Notes: generated from the letters alone by a model not told the origin. DNA of 63,451 bases, filler included, from Octopus bimaculoides (GCF_001194135.2; 4 parts of 3 records of this genome joined end to end with filler, not necessarily neighbours in it), one strand, 5' to 3'; positions 25,238-37,441 are shown, counted from the first letter of the whole stretch. Program-made: numbers and translations.

Positions 25238-27648
25238 TGTAGGGAAGTGTTTATACACCATTAGGTGTACTCCGCTTCCGTACATTACCTTCTTGAAGAA
25301 ACAACGGAACGCAGATTCTGAACTATCAACACGACAATATTTATTACAATAGAATTTGGCAGCACTTCGCCCTTTGGTTACTGAGACGCCGTCAATGATG
25401 TTGCGTGGTTATTTGTCTAGCTCCAGAGTTGGAATGTTGGAGAGAGCTGCGACGACGTCTAGGCCCTTCGTCGGCCAGCGAGAAAGAACATGAAAATAGG
25501 CGCGTAAGCTTGGATGTCGATGACTACTCATGCGCATGAGACTCTTCCTGTATTCCTTCCCGAACTAGTCCCTGCGCATGCGTGGATAAGCTTTCCGGAA
25601 ATGTCGTCTGCTATTAAGGCGTCACTACATGGCTCCCCCTCGAGTTCCAAAAGCACGAAAATAGAAAATTTGGAGGGGCGCCTGAGGCAAGATGGCCACC
25701 GAAACCACCCACAAGATGTGGCACAAACACGCACAAAGAAAAATCAAAGAAATGATGTACACTTGTGAGATACATGCATGCAATGTACAAAAGAATTGAC
25801 AATGACAAAACAACCGTGATGACAACTGTCCAGGAAAGTGGAATCACGCGATGTAAAAGTCTGATTTTTTTTTGTTTTTTCCTGAAAGGAAAGAAAATTT
25901 ATGAGTGCACAAGTGTGTGTGTGAGAGAAAACACAGAACATAGTAAAAGTGTCTGTAACATAGACTGTGAAAAAGTCTTAAAACACTGAGATAGAGAAAA
26001 CCAGTTCGTATAAAAGTTACACAAGGAGATTTAGAATGTTCATACGCAGGAAGTTGCGATCAAGGAGCAGAGCTGTAGTTGAGCGTCGGATGCTGGGACC
26101 TGTGTTACCTGGTACGGAATATTCTGGCTGGTTAGTTCTGGTCTGTTGATCATGAGTGGAAACATCCACTCTATCAGGGTCGAGATAAAACCGCGCTTGT
26201 TGATGTTGGTTGCTTGTGTACGTGTGGAAATCATGTTGACGTTGGCGACGATACTGGTAGTACGTAGTTGAACGATGCTGCTGATGTCGTCGCTGGAACT
26301 GGCTGGTTGGTTGGTGTGTGGTGGTAATGATGTTGACAGTGGTGTGTGTGGTGGTAATGATGTTGACAGTGGTGTGTGCGGTGTTTGAAAAACGGACACG
26401 TCGTCCATGGAAGTTGAGGGTTTGTCAAGGTACGCTTTTTCAGACGGTCGACAGACACAATCTCTGTACGACCATTAGCGTCAACCTTGAAAAAATTCAG
26501 CCCAAAACTGCNNNNNNNNNNACGGTCGACAGACACAATCTCTGTACGACCATTAGCGTCAACCTTGAAAAAATTCAGCCCAAAACTGCGGGTTGGGCGA
26601 GGCGTGTAAGGCAGCCTTAAGTTTCCAATGAAATCACTCAACCATCCCATTAGGAGCGGGATGGTAGCTGGTGGTGCGTATCAGGAGAGAGAATCTTGAG
26701 AAGTACCGTTGAGTGGCATTGCTTGAAAATGCTGTCATGAATTCGGAGCTGCGAGCGAAAATGACCAAAAGGTCNNNNNNNNNNNNNNNNNNNNNNNNNN
26801 NNNNNNNNNNNNNNNNNNNNNNNNNNNNNNNNNNNNNNNNNNNNNNNNNNNNNNNNNNNNNNNNNNNNNNNNNNNNNNNNNNNNNNNNNNNNNNNNNNNN
26901 NNNNNNNNNNNNNNNNNNNNNNNNNNNNNNNNNNNNNNNNNNNNNNNNNNNNNNNNNNNNNNNNNNNNNNNNNNNNNNNNNNNNNNNNNNNNNNNNNNNN
27001 NNNNNNNNNNNNNNNNNNNNNNNNNNNNNNNNNNNNNNNNNNNNNNNNNNNNNNNNNNNNNNNNNNNNNNNNNNNNNNNNNNNNNNNNNNNNNNNNNNNN
27101 NNNNNNNNNNNNNNNNNNNNNNNNNNNNNNNNNNNNNNNNNNNNNNNNNNNNNNNNNNNNNNNNNNNNNNNNNNNNNNNNNNNNNNNNNNNNNNNNNNNN
27201 NNNNNNNNNNNNNNNNNNNNNNNNNNNNNNNNNNNNNNNNNNNNNNNNNNNNNNNNNNNNNNNNNNNGTTTATACACCATTAGGTGTACTCCGCTTCCGT
27301 ACATTAACTTCTTGAAGAAACAACGGAACGCAGATTCTGAACTATCAACACAACAATATTTATTACAATAGAATTTGGCAGCACTTCGCCCTTTGGTTAC
27401 TGAGACGCCGTCAATGATGTTGCGTGGTTATTTGTCTAGCTCCAGAGTTGGAATGTTGGAGAGAGCTGCGACGACGTCTAGGCCCTTCGTCGGCCAGCGA
27501 GAAAGAGCATGAAAATAGGCGCGTAAGCTTGGATGTCGATGACTACTCATGCGCATGAGACTCTTCCTGTATTCCTTCCCGAACTAGTCCCTGCGCATGC
27601 GTGGATAAGCTTTCCGGAAATGTCGTCTGCTATTAAGTCGTCACTACA
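25238..27648 (-). mobile_element. Gypsy LTR retrotransposon, young, internally deleted/non-autonomous
   Basis: LTRs 25238-25629 and (gap)27268-27648 with TGTAG...CTACA termini and 4 mismatches in ~380 bp; AAGT TSD; polypurine tract gagggggagcca before the 3' LTR; integrase remnants inside. Confidence 0.92.
26400..26690 (-). pseudogene. Gypsy integrase remnants
   Basis: IRTTSYHPAPNGMVE*FHWKLKAAL (catalytic core with stop) joined directly to FFKVDANGRTEIVSVDRLKK (C-terminal), so the intervening segment is missing. Confidence 0.85.
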
Positions 27649-28379
27649 AAGTTTTTTCTCTTTCTCAAGCAATAAATTTAAGCTCTCAGTGTTATAATAA
27701 TGAAAATATTCCCAACAAGATATTTCAAAATGTACAAATTTCCATTCTCAGACATTGATCTCAAAGCTGAGAGAGGTAATTTAGGAAAAGATTGATCTAA
27801 TAATTTCAGGAAACCCAGTTTGAAGAAGAAAACAGAATATCTGTTCAATCAGTATTAGAAACTTTGACGTCTCATGTTCTTCTCGGATTCAAATAATAAT
27901 AACCAGCACAAAGGTCTGAAATTTGACTGCTACTTTATTTTATCCATCCCGATAGGGTGAAATGCAAAGCTTCCTCCAAACTTTTGGACGAACAGGGGTA
28001 ATGGGAGATATTCTCGGATTCCAATACTTCTTTTCTCAAATTTTCACCTGGGAAACAAAACTTTAGTATTTCAAGACATCTCAAAAGAAACTTTAGGTTT
28101 CCCGCAAGAAGTTTAAAAGTTACTGTGATGTATTTATTTGAGGCATCCACCAGGAAATGGTCAAAAAAGAAAAGAAACTAGAGTAGAACAATTCCAAATG
28201 AATCGGTAAACCAATTAAACACACTAAGTACGCATTATAAACTATCAAAAATTGGGTCCTTAGATATGCGCAGAGATTACACAAAATACAAAACATTCTG
28301 CTTTGAAGGCAGTGATCTAATATCGCCTTAACTGTTGAGGCTCAAAGGAAGTAAAGGACTAGAGATTATGGAAAACTAT

Positions 28380-28680
28380 CAGACTATAAGGTCAGTCATT
28401 TATAACAAATTTAATAACTTTAGCTGTATGTTATGTTTGTGTACGGCTGTTGTGCAATACAGATAGTTCCCTGGATATGTGAGTAATTGTCTTGTTTTTT
28501 TTTATTTATTTTGTTGTCTTTTACTTAAAATACACAAGTGGAATATAAAGCAAGGCCTTGTGTAAAGGATGATGGCTCTGCTATGTCATCATTAGTGATT
28601 GTTGCATCGTAGTTGGACACCATTATTTCTGGGAGAAATAACTCGAAAATGAAATGAAATTTGGCTTTGAAAAATGTGAA
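28380..28680 (+). pseudogene. Possible highly decayed R4/Dong-like RT fragment
   Basis: EMKFGFEKC at ~28650 matches EIEMKFGLEKC of the fragment at 32015-32248; upstream SHL..L*LY resembles the SHLLYMDDLKLY motif. Confidence 0.3.
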
Positions 28681-29063
28681 AATCAGTGATGTGGGTCCAC
28701 AGCCTAATGGGAAAATAATTTGAAAGTAACGGTTGAGAGTATTGTAAGAAATTGTGTAAGAGTTAGTACACAATGTGTTGGTAAATCGCGTACTAAGTAT
28801 AGGATGTGCTAAGCTATTGCAGTCGCAAATTTTTGATTAGAAAAATGTGTGCCCAGTACTTTTCAGTTCACTGGTTGTAGGTTTGCTCAAACATCTAGAC
28901 ACCAACAATGGAAATTTTTAAAAGTTACTTAATAGATATAACACAAATTAGTTATATATAATTTTCTTTTGCTTACCTATTTTCAAAAGAGAAAACACAT
29001 CTCGTATTATAAGCAACAATTAATTCTACAGCACTTCATTTCAAAATACTCGTTAAATATTGG

Positions 29064-29328
29064 GTTCGGGCCGACCAAAGTCTTGCGAGTGGATTTGGTA
29101 GACGGAAACTGAAAGAAGCCCGTCGTATATGTATGTATGTATGTGCTTGTTCCCCACCATCACTTGACAACTAATGCTGGTGTATTGACGTCCCCATAAC
29201 TTAGCGGTTCGGCAAAAAGACACCGATAGAATAAGTATTAGGTTTACAAAGAATAAGTCCTGGGATCGATTTGCTCGACTAAAAGGCGGTGCTCCAGCAT
29301 AGCCGCAATCAAATGACTGAAACAAATA
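29064..29328 (+). mobile_element. SINE family B, 5'-truncated
   Basis: gggccgaccaaagtcttgcgagtggatttggtagacgg...caatcaaatgactgaaacaaat. Confidence 0.85.
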
Positions 29329-29379
29329 ATATATATGGATTGTATTGCATATACATACACACAAAGAGGAGGAGAAATG

Positions 29380-29560
29380 GTTTCAATTCTGCGTCACACA
29401 AACAACTCATGGCAAAGCTCTCTGAAATGGGTGTGAAAGATTATCTCTATAACAAGGCTGAAGTCCATTCTCGGTCGAAAAGAGGTAGTCACAGTTCCTC
29501 ATTTTAACCCTAAGATATGACAACTAGTGTACCACAGGAATCTTTAGCGAGGGAAGTCGC
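29380..29560 (+). pseudogene. Possible CR1-like RT fragment
   Basis: FNSASHKQLMAKLSEMGVKD and, after frameshifts, TTSVPQES resemble AFDSVSH..LL.KL...G and TSGVPQGS. Confidence 0.4.
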
Positions 29561-30085
29561 TAATGAAGATGTCAACACTTTAATGACTGGATTGCGTCAT
29601 TAATCCAATGGCTGTGAAACGCCTCCGTTGCAGTAAGTGACAACAACACTCATGTCCGTTCGTGAACAACTTCGTGTCCAAAGTTTTATTCAGATGCGTA
29701 ACAAACGAACTCTTACTGTGAGTCCACAATGTTCAATAAAGTTATCTAGTATTTGAAGAAAAAAGGTTCTGGACATCTTTCCATGTTCCACGATGACAGT
29801 GAGAAAATAGGAGGAATTCAAACTACAAAAATTACTTTTGGACAGGCACTAGGCGTAAAATAGCATAGCGAGTTGCTGGTAGGACAGAATATCGAATCCA
29901 TGTACCTGGCTCTCTCTCCGAAGTTGACCTTGTTGTGACTTAGAGAAGAAGAGTAAAATTCAACTGGAATACGCTCTTAAGTAGCTGATATGCCTTTTAA
30001 CGCCTTCCTATGTGTCGTTTAGCAGTTACGCCTTTTATGCTAGCAAAGGGAGAGCTAACCAATGTTCGCTTGGGATGTTCTAGAA

Positions 30086-30384
30086 CAGTGGTTTTCAAAC
30101 TGTGGTCCGCGGACCACAGGGGGTCCGCAAGGACAAGACAGGGGGTCCGTGAACAGCAAATACTTTTTATGGGCAATTTGATTTTATATATGGTTTTTAA
30201 TCGAAATCTTTTAATTGACAATAAACCTATTTGTTAAATAGTGTTAAATAAACAAATGTAAAATATATATGTTATTTTGAGCAAATATTTATGTATAAAT
30301 TTCATAAGCGTTTATAAGGGGGGTCCCTAAGGTAAAGCCTGAAATATAAAGGGGTCCGCAAGTCAAAAAGTTTGAAAGCCCCTG
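30086..30384. mobile_element. hAT-Charlie-type MITE
   Basis: TIRs cagtggttttcaaact / agtttgaaagcccctg; perfect 8-bp TSD ttctagaa (30078-30085, 30385-30392). Confidence 0.93.
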
Positions 30385-30439
30385 TTCTAGAACATTCAAC
30401 AGGGGAGATAACTGTAGTTGACTCCCAACGAAAATTTTG

Positions 30440-31000
30440 CGGGCTACGAACCAGTTTCAAATAGTGTTGCCTACAAATCTGTTCTTGAACCCATATTATT
30501 TGCTGGATATATTAATGACATGGATGCCAACTTGAAGAATGTTAGTGTTGAAATATGCAGATGACGTCAAGCTGTACCTTTGAGATAAAAAGAACAGACT
30601 CTATACCCTATAGCAATCATACCTGGACACAATGCAGCAATGGATTACCGACTGGCAACTCGAGTTAGTAGTGGACAAGTGTGTCACCATGCATTTTGGG
30701 AGGAAAACCCCATCTTTTACATAATCCTTCAACAACATTTTTCCTTGGAAGTCTGTTAGTGAACGTGACCTGGATATTATTGCAAACAGCGATCTGCGTT
30801 GGACAAGCCCCGTCTCTAAGATTGTCAAGAAGGTTGAAGGTGTCTCAACATCACTCAGTAAAACCTTTGTCAGCTGCTCTCCTGCTGTATATCGCTATGG
30901 TACGTCCACATTTAGAGTTTGCATCACCACTCTGAAACTCCTATCTGGCTCAGCATGTCAATCTCCCGGAAACTTTTCAGAAATGTGCAACCAAACGAAT
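30440..31000 (+). pseudogene. CR1-clade LINE reverse transcriptase fragment
   Basis: SVLEPILFAGYINDM, KYADDVKLY, WQLELVVDKCVTMHFG, ERDL, LYIAMVRPHLEFAS, FQKCATKR, with frameshifts and stops. Confidence 0.88.
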
Positions 31001-31008
31001 GACCGCAT

Positions 31009-31482
31009 CAGATGGAAAAACAGAACGAAAAGTAAAAAACAAAACTGTGTTGAAAGTAGAAAAGAAAGCGAGATAAACGTGACAGAACGAGTCAGCAGTC
31101 AGGCAAAAAAGAAAATGGAAGAGATAGGAATGATCACGTGGTAGTGGATGGAGAGGGAAAAAGTGGTGGAGGGTAGAGAAACAGAGAGCAGCAGAGAGGT
31201 AAGTTGGTGAGAGAGGGGAAGGCAAAAGACGGGTAAGTTGGTAAGAGGGGGAAGGAGAGAAAGAAATAGACGTTTCCTCTTTCTCCCCTTCCCTCTCTCA
31301 CCAACTAACTTCTCTGTTGCTTTCTGTCTCACATTTTTTCTTTCTTCTTCCACTGCCACGTGACCCGTGACCATTTCCCTCTCTTACTTCCTTCTTCGCC
31401 TGACCGTTGACTCGGTCAGTTACGTTTCTCTTGCTTCCTTCTCTACTTTCAACATGGTTGGTTTGTTTCATTTTTCGATCTG
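31009..31482. repeat. Long imperfect foldback (purine-rich left arm, pyrimidine-rich right arm)
   Basis: Colinear reverse-complement matches such as tgttgaaagtaga, gtcagg, cacgtggtagtgga and agttggtgagagaggg, centred near 31271. Confidence 0.8.
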
Positions 31483-31484
31483 GT

Positions 31485-31914
31485 AATTCTCCAGTAATTC
31501 CACAGGATATCCCAGATCTCACAACATATGTGCATCGCCTACGTGCGCATATGTCACAGCTGTCACCAAACCCACCTCGCCCGCAGAAAACTGATACATA
31601 TGTCCCCAAGGACGTTAATCAATGGACACACGTATTTGTTAGAAATGACGGAATACCAGCACAAATCCGCCCACCGTATTCCGGCCCTTACAAAGTACTG
31701 CAAAAACGGGAGAAATACTTCGTTATCGATGTAAATGGTAAACAGAATACTGTTAGTATCGATCGGCTCAAGAAAGCCATCATGGAACCCGATACGGCAC
31801 CACCATCATCATCACCATCGACTACGCATCGAAGCGATATAACTGCATCAGCATTTCCCACCAGTACGTCAAAGTCTCCACAACACCCTCACACAAAAAG
31901 CGGCAGAAGAGTTC
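31485..31914 (+). pseudogene. Gypsy integrase C-terminus (GPY/F region)
   Basis: Open frame ...THVFVRNDG...RPPYSGPYKVLQKREKYFVIDVNGKQNTVSIDRLKKA...TKSGRRV, ending at a gap. Confidence 0.88.
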
Positions 31915-32014
31915 NNNNNNNNNNNNNNNNNNNNNNNNNNNNNNNNNNNNNNNNNNNNTTAATTAATTAANNNNNNNNNNNNNNNNNNNNNNNNNNNNNN
32001 NNNNNNNNNNNNNN

Positions 32015-32248
32015 TCTTTCATTTGTGTATGTTGTATCCTATCTAGTTCATTGACTCCTAAATACTTATATGGTTGGCTTTCGTCTAGTTCTCTTATTTC
32101 ATTGGCTTTATCTAGTGTTATATTGCTACTTTTAACTAATTTTCCTCTTTTCAGGGTTGCTTTGGCACATTTTTCTAATCCGAATTTCATTTCTATTTCC
32201 TTGGTAAAGCCGTGTACTGTCTGTAGTAGTGTTTCTAGCTCTTTGTCG
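32015..32248 (-). pseudogene. R4/Dong-clade non-LTR retrotransposon RT fragment, 5'-truncated
   Basis: ELETLLQTVHGFTKEIEMKFGLEKCAKATLKRGK...YKYLG; 5' junction abuts (TAA)n at 32249-32313. Confidence 0.8.
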
Positions 32249-32278
32249 TTATTATTATTATTATTATTATTATTATGA

Positions 32279-32313
<35 letters not shown>

Positions 32314-32319
32314 GGATAT

Positions 32320-32605
32320 CTTTAATATCAGGGCCCTCCGCATGAGGAGTGCAATGAACTGTTTATATTTCCGTTCAAAGGCCAGTGGCCAACTACAGCC
32401 ATTGCTGACTAAGCACGTTCTGGACACGTCTTCTTTGATATCAGTTTTCACGAGACGCTCTGTGCTGTCGTCTAGAAGACATTAAATATTAAAACTGTTC
32501 CTGTTGTTTTTATTTATTTACTTATTTATTTATTTATTTATTTATTTATTGCATTTTCGTGTTACTGACTGGATGTTGTGATGGTCATGTGACGGTCATG
32601 TGACA
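32320..32605 (+). mobile_element. Possible 3' part of a Gypsy LTR
   Basis: AT-rich TATA-like motif, attaaa, U5-like stretch ending gtgaca; lies downstream of the plus-strand integrase. Confidence 0.3.
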
Positions 32606-33711
32606 GCCTTGCGCTAAGCAGGTCAGAGATTTCAATTTCCGGCGGTTCTGTCAACAACCCTTGACTGGTCCTCATTATGAAAAACAAATTATCGCAGCTG
32701 CTTCGTTCTTGTCAACAACCACTGAACAGCAGAGTCGTGACTGCTCAATGGGAGAGTTTGCCAGACCCTTTCCATTTATACTCCCACTTCCAGTGTTTTA
32801 TAGGCGCAGGTGAGGGTTCTAGAATTGATCGGGGTCACTGGGTCCCTCTGAAAATATCATCCATACTTATTAATTTAAAGACCATTAAACCGTCCAATCA
32901 AAGAGAAATAGCAATTCTCTGGAATTGCACGGTACCGTCTTAAAAGAAATAAAGGACACATCGGATAATGTAATCTTAGACACTCCTAAAAGAAAAGGAA
33001 AAGCAACATAATCACGGTTGGGTTGGCTTTCTTCATAGAACTCTTGATCAGGGTATATCTCTGATATTGAATTCCCTACTCTGTCTTCAGGCCCACGGGG
33101 AGATCTTTTCACCGATTGAGAGTCTTTCTATGAGATGGGGTTGCTAGCTCGTTTCTCACCCCCACCTTCTCTATTTATGAATAAAGGGACACTTCACTGT
33201 CAGGGGTTTCTGACCCACGACTCCTCTTACTGGAGAGAAAGAGGGAGAGAAAGAGCGCGAGGCGGACGAAAAAAGCTTGGCCTCAATACTCGACTGGAAC
33301 CCTATTAAAGGATGAGATTATTTTGAGGGGCGGGAGTGATTCGATAAAATCACGGCATCAATATTTAACTAGTAATTTATTGATCCGAAGGGATGAGAAG
33401 CAAAGTTGGCCTCAGATTGATTTAAACATGGAATACAAAGAGCCAGAGCAAATACCACAAGGCATTCTATCGACGTTCTAACGTTCCTGCCAAACCCTCG
33501 CACTTAAAAATAGTTTCAAATTTAGAGTCAAGGCCATGGACTCCACTACTTCACTGGTACTTTAGTGGTACTTTATTTTATCGATCACAGAATTATGAAA
33601 GCTAAGCTGACTTTTGCGGGATTAAAGAAACGTTACTAAATTTTCTTTCTTTTTCTTTTTTAGTTCGACTGTTTTTCTATTTTATGTATTTTTTTAATGG
33701 GATACGCTTTA

Positions 33712-33955
33712 AAAGAGAGAGAAAGAGAAAAAGAGAGAGAGAAAGAGAGCGAGAGAAAGAGAGAGAGAGAAAGAGAGAGAGAGAAAGAGAGAGAGAGAAA
33801 GAGAGAGATAGAAAGAGAGAGAGACAAAGAGAGAGAGACAAAGAGAGAGAGACAAAGAGAGAGAGACAAAGAGAGAGAGACAAAGAGAGAGAGAAAGAGA
33901 GAGAGAGAAAGAGAGAGAGAGAAAGAGAGAGAGAGAAAGAGAGAGAGAGAAAGAG
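33712..33955. repeat. Complex (AG)n array with ~12-bp higher-order units (gagagagagaaa / gagagagacaaa)
   Basis: Seen directly; source of spurious RE/SL ORFs. Confidence 0.95.
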
Positions 33956-34566
33956 GTGTGTGTGTCTGTCTGTCTGTTTGTCAGTCCGTCTGCCTGCCTG
34001 TTTTTTTTTTTTTGTCTCAGTCTGCATACACGGTATTACCAGAATAATTGTGTCTAATATTGGTACAGGGCATCAAACTTGAGGAAGAAGTTCATTTTCG
34101 ATTACATCTATTCCAGAACTCGGTTGATTTTTATTTTACAGTTCTCAGCGAGATTTGAACACAGACCATAAAAAGCCAAAACAAATATTCTGAAGTATAT
34201 TGTCCGACATTCTGACGCGTCTTCCAACCATCCGGCCTACAGATGAGATGATGCTGTACTCCAGCCAGAATGTCACTTCACCTCTCATCGGAGCCCCACG
34301 ATGGAGAGAAGGATCGGAGTTCTGCTGTCTTATACTTGCACATTGTAAGTTAGTACCGATTGGCCGTTGATTAAATTGACTCCAGTACAAGATTCGTACG
34401 TTATTTCATCGATCTCCTGCGGCGGGGATGGAAGGTAAAGTAGACCTCGGAAGGGTTTGAACTCAAAACGTAAAGAGCCGGAACAACTACCACAAAGCAT
34501 CTGATACTCTAACCATCCTCTCTGACCATACTCGCTAACCATACAGCCTCTGTAGTCGTCATATCG

Positions 34567-34758
34567 GTTTCAAATTTTGGAACAAGCCAGCAATTTCGGG
34601 GCAGTGCTAAGTCGATTACATCAACCTCAGTACTCAACTAGTACTTATTTTATCGACCCCGGAAAGATGAAAGGTAAAACCGACCTCGGCAGAATTTGAA
34701 CTCGGAACGTATGGATGGACGAAATACCGCTAAGCATTATTTTGGTGTGCTCGCTGCC
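34567..34758 (-). mobile_element. SINE family C (last of a degenerate cluster from ~34050)
   Basis: ttatcgaccccggaaagatgaaagg...gaatttgaactcggaacg; older copies at ~33320-33505, ~34050-34240 and ~34370-34540. Confidence 0.8.
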
Positions 34759-34922
34759 CTGTGTATTCGTAACATTGGTTTGTATTAACGATACATTCAA
34801 AGTAAGATCGACTTCGGTGAGATTTTGTCAGGGAAACTGAAACTGCGAAACCATAAGTGTTGCTCCGCACCATTTATACAAAAAGGCCGCGCTTCTCTAC
34901 GATTATATTCACATTTTAATGT

Positions 34923-35200
34923 GAACGCCTGCAGACTGTTAGCGACGATTGAATAGTAGAATCGATAGAGCATCGACTAAAGTCTTGCGTTATTTAATCT
35001 GGGTCTCTACGCGAACGACTGCAGACTGTTTGTGGCGGTCGAATAATAGAATCGGTAAAGCATCAAGTAAAAAGTCTTGTAGTATTTTATCTTGGTCTCT
35101 ACGTTCTGAGTTCAAATCACGCCGAGCTCAACTTTGTTTTTCATCCTTCTAGTGTGTCGATAAATAAAGTACCAATCAAGTAATTGAGTCAATTTCTTAT
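34923..35200 (+). mobile_element. Degenerate SINE family C with duplicated 5' head
   Basis: 90-bp direct duplication (34923 and 35013) followed by gagttcaaatcacgccgag...gtcgataaataaagtacc. Confidence 0.65.
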
Positions 35201-35904
35201 CTCCCAGTTTACGGAATAGGCTACGCTATGCTGTGAGAAGGGACGCGATGGAAAATCAACAGCATCCCTGTTTCCAGAAATAGAGAAAAGTTCAGTATGG
35301 AATTAATAACTTTCTTTCCAAATAAAAACTGATATTTTACTGGGGCTTATGAGGGCAGAATTAAAAAAGAAATGAAGATATGAAAAATATCTACATGTCA
35401 TCTTGATGATGTTTTATAACAGCCAAGCACTGAGGTCGTTATAAACACCAGCATCTCCTCACAGACAATTCCTGGTTTTGTACCAAACTGAGAAACCATC
35501 AATAACATAGCAGTATAGCTCTTCTCGTGTATTACTTCTGTAAATACCACTATTTACTGCAATCAATTAAATCAAGTGTAACGGTAACAAATATGAAGCT
35601 TGTATATTCGTGAGTCAAATGAAATCCTTATTTTCTGTGAAGCTATTTATCAAAAATATCTACTGACAGAAATGACCAACTTTTAACATTATTTGTCAGA
35701 ACTAATATCCTCGCAGACATTTCAACATTCTGCCCCAATGAAGAAATACCGATTCTAGGCGTACCTTTTAACACAGCCCAAACATGACATACCCTATAAC
35801 TTTATTCGACACGCATTCTCAGTTAATACTTCCTCTCATGCATGCATACATACATATACACCCACATATATCTATGTGTATATAAACACACACACACACA
35901 CACT

Positions 35905-35947
<43 letters not shown>

Positions 35948-36033
35948 NNNNNNNNNNNNNNNNNNNNNNNNNNNNNNNNNNNNNNNNNNNNNNNNNNNNN
36001 NNNNNNNNNNNNNNNNNNNNNNNNNNNNNNNNN

Positions 36034-36080
<47 letters not shown>

Positions 36081-36584
36081 TATATATACATATAGATAAG
36101 TGTGTGTGTGTGTGTGTATATATATGCACACATATACATTGTTGTATGTGAGAGAGCGTAAAATATTAACGTGTTACATTATGTGTGTTTCTGTTTATAT
36201 ACACACAATCCCACTCATATACACACTCGGACACACAGACACATTTTTGTTTGCCACTGAATCTCGCACCGCCACTCTACCCCACGATGCATGCAGGCTG
36301 GGTTAATCTGATAGTTTGTGCATTGCAAGCAGCACAAACCTGCTAACATTTGGAAACTAATAGACGGAAGTGATATTCTTCGTGAAAATGACATTTCCGG
36401 AAGCTTACGAGGCGCCATATAAAGCGTTTTGAAAACATTCACCAATATTTCTCTTAGTTTCTGGAGACCTTCGCCGAAGAATCGTCTTCAAAGACTTTGC
36501 AACGCAATTGAACGATGATTTCCGGTTCACTTTTGACAGTGGTCTCAACCAAGAAAGTTTAGTACACATACGCACTCATTCGCA

Positions 36585-36621
<37 letters not shown>

Positions 36622-36871
36622 TCACATGCATACATTCATTCAAACACACATACATATATGCGTATGTATGNNNNNNNNNNNNNNNNNNNNNNNNNNNNNN
36701 NNNNNNNNNNNNNNNNNNNNNNNNNNNNNNNNNNNNNNNNNNNNNNNNNNNNNNNNNNNNNNNNNNNNNNNNNNNNNNNNNNNNNNNNNNNNNNNNNNNN
36801 NNNNNNNNNNNNNNNNNNNNNNNNNNNNNNNNNNNNNNNNNNNNNNNNNNNNNNNNNNNNNNNNNNNNNNN

Positions 36872-36909
<38 letters not shown>

Positions 36910-36951
36910 ACAGTGAGGAGGAGGAGACAGAGAAGAGGGGATGAGATATTA

Positions 36952-37163
36952 GTTTCAAATTTTGGTACAGGCCAGCAGAATTTTGAGGAGAGGAGTTAAG
37001 TCGATTACATCGACTCCAGTGCTCAACTGGTACTTATTTTATCGACCCGAAAGGATGAAAATCAAAGTTGACCTCGGTGAAATTTGAACCCAGAACGTAA
37101 AGACGGACGAAATGCCTCTAAGCATTTTGCCTGGCGTGCTAACGATTCTGCCAGCTCACCGCC
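36952..37163 (-). mobile_element. SINE family C
   Basis: Family-diagnostic head and central domain. Confidence 0.87.
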
Positions 37164-37441
37164 TTGAATGGAGGGAATATCGGCGACTAAAATTTAGGCA
37201 AGATTCTTTAGTCTTTTCGATTTTCATTATTTTACCAATTTCATTTATGGACATATCCACCTACAGTAAATTATGTAGTAGTCAAAGAGTGCTTTTTTTA
37301 ATATATTATGGCCCAGAGAAAGAACACTACCAAAGTCAACGTAGATAGCATTTGAACTTTGATCATAGAGAAGGTTGCTATCAAACACCATATGCTACCG
37401 GCGTTCTTCTGATTCCGCCATATTAAACATTTCTTTCTTAA

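Noticed and set aside
26444-26589. Exact 68-bp direct repeat either side of 10 Ns
   Set aside because: Unmerged contig overlap (assembly artefact)
31959-31970. ttaattaattaa islands inside gaps (also 51364-51375 and 60989-61000)
   Set aside because: Identical 12-mer isolated by Ns three times: assembly spacer, not biology
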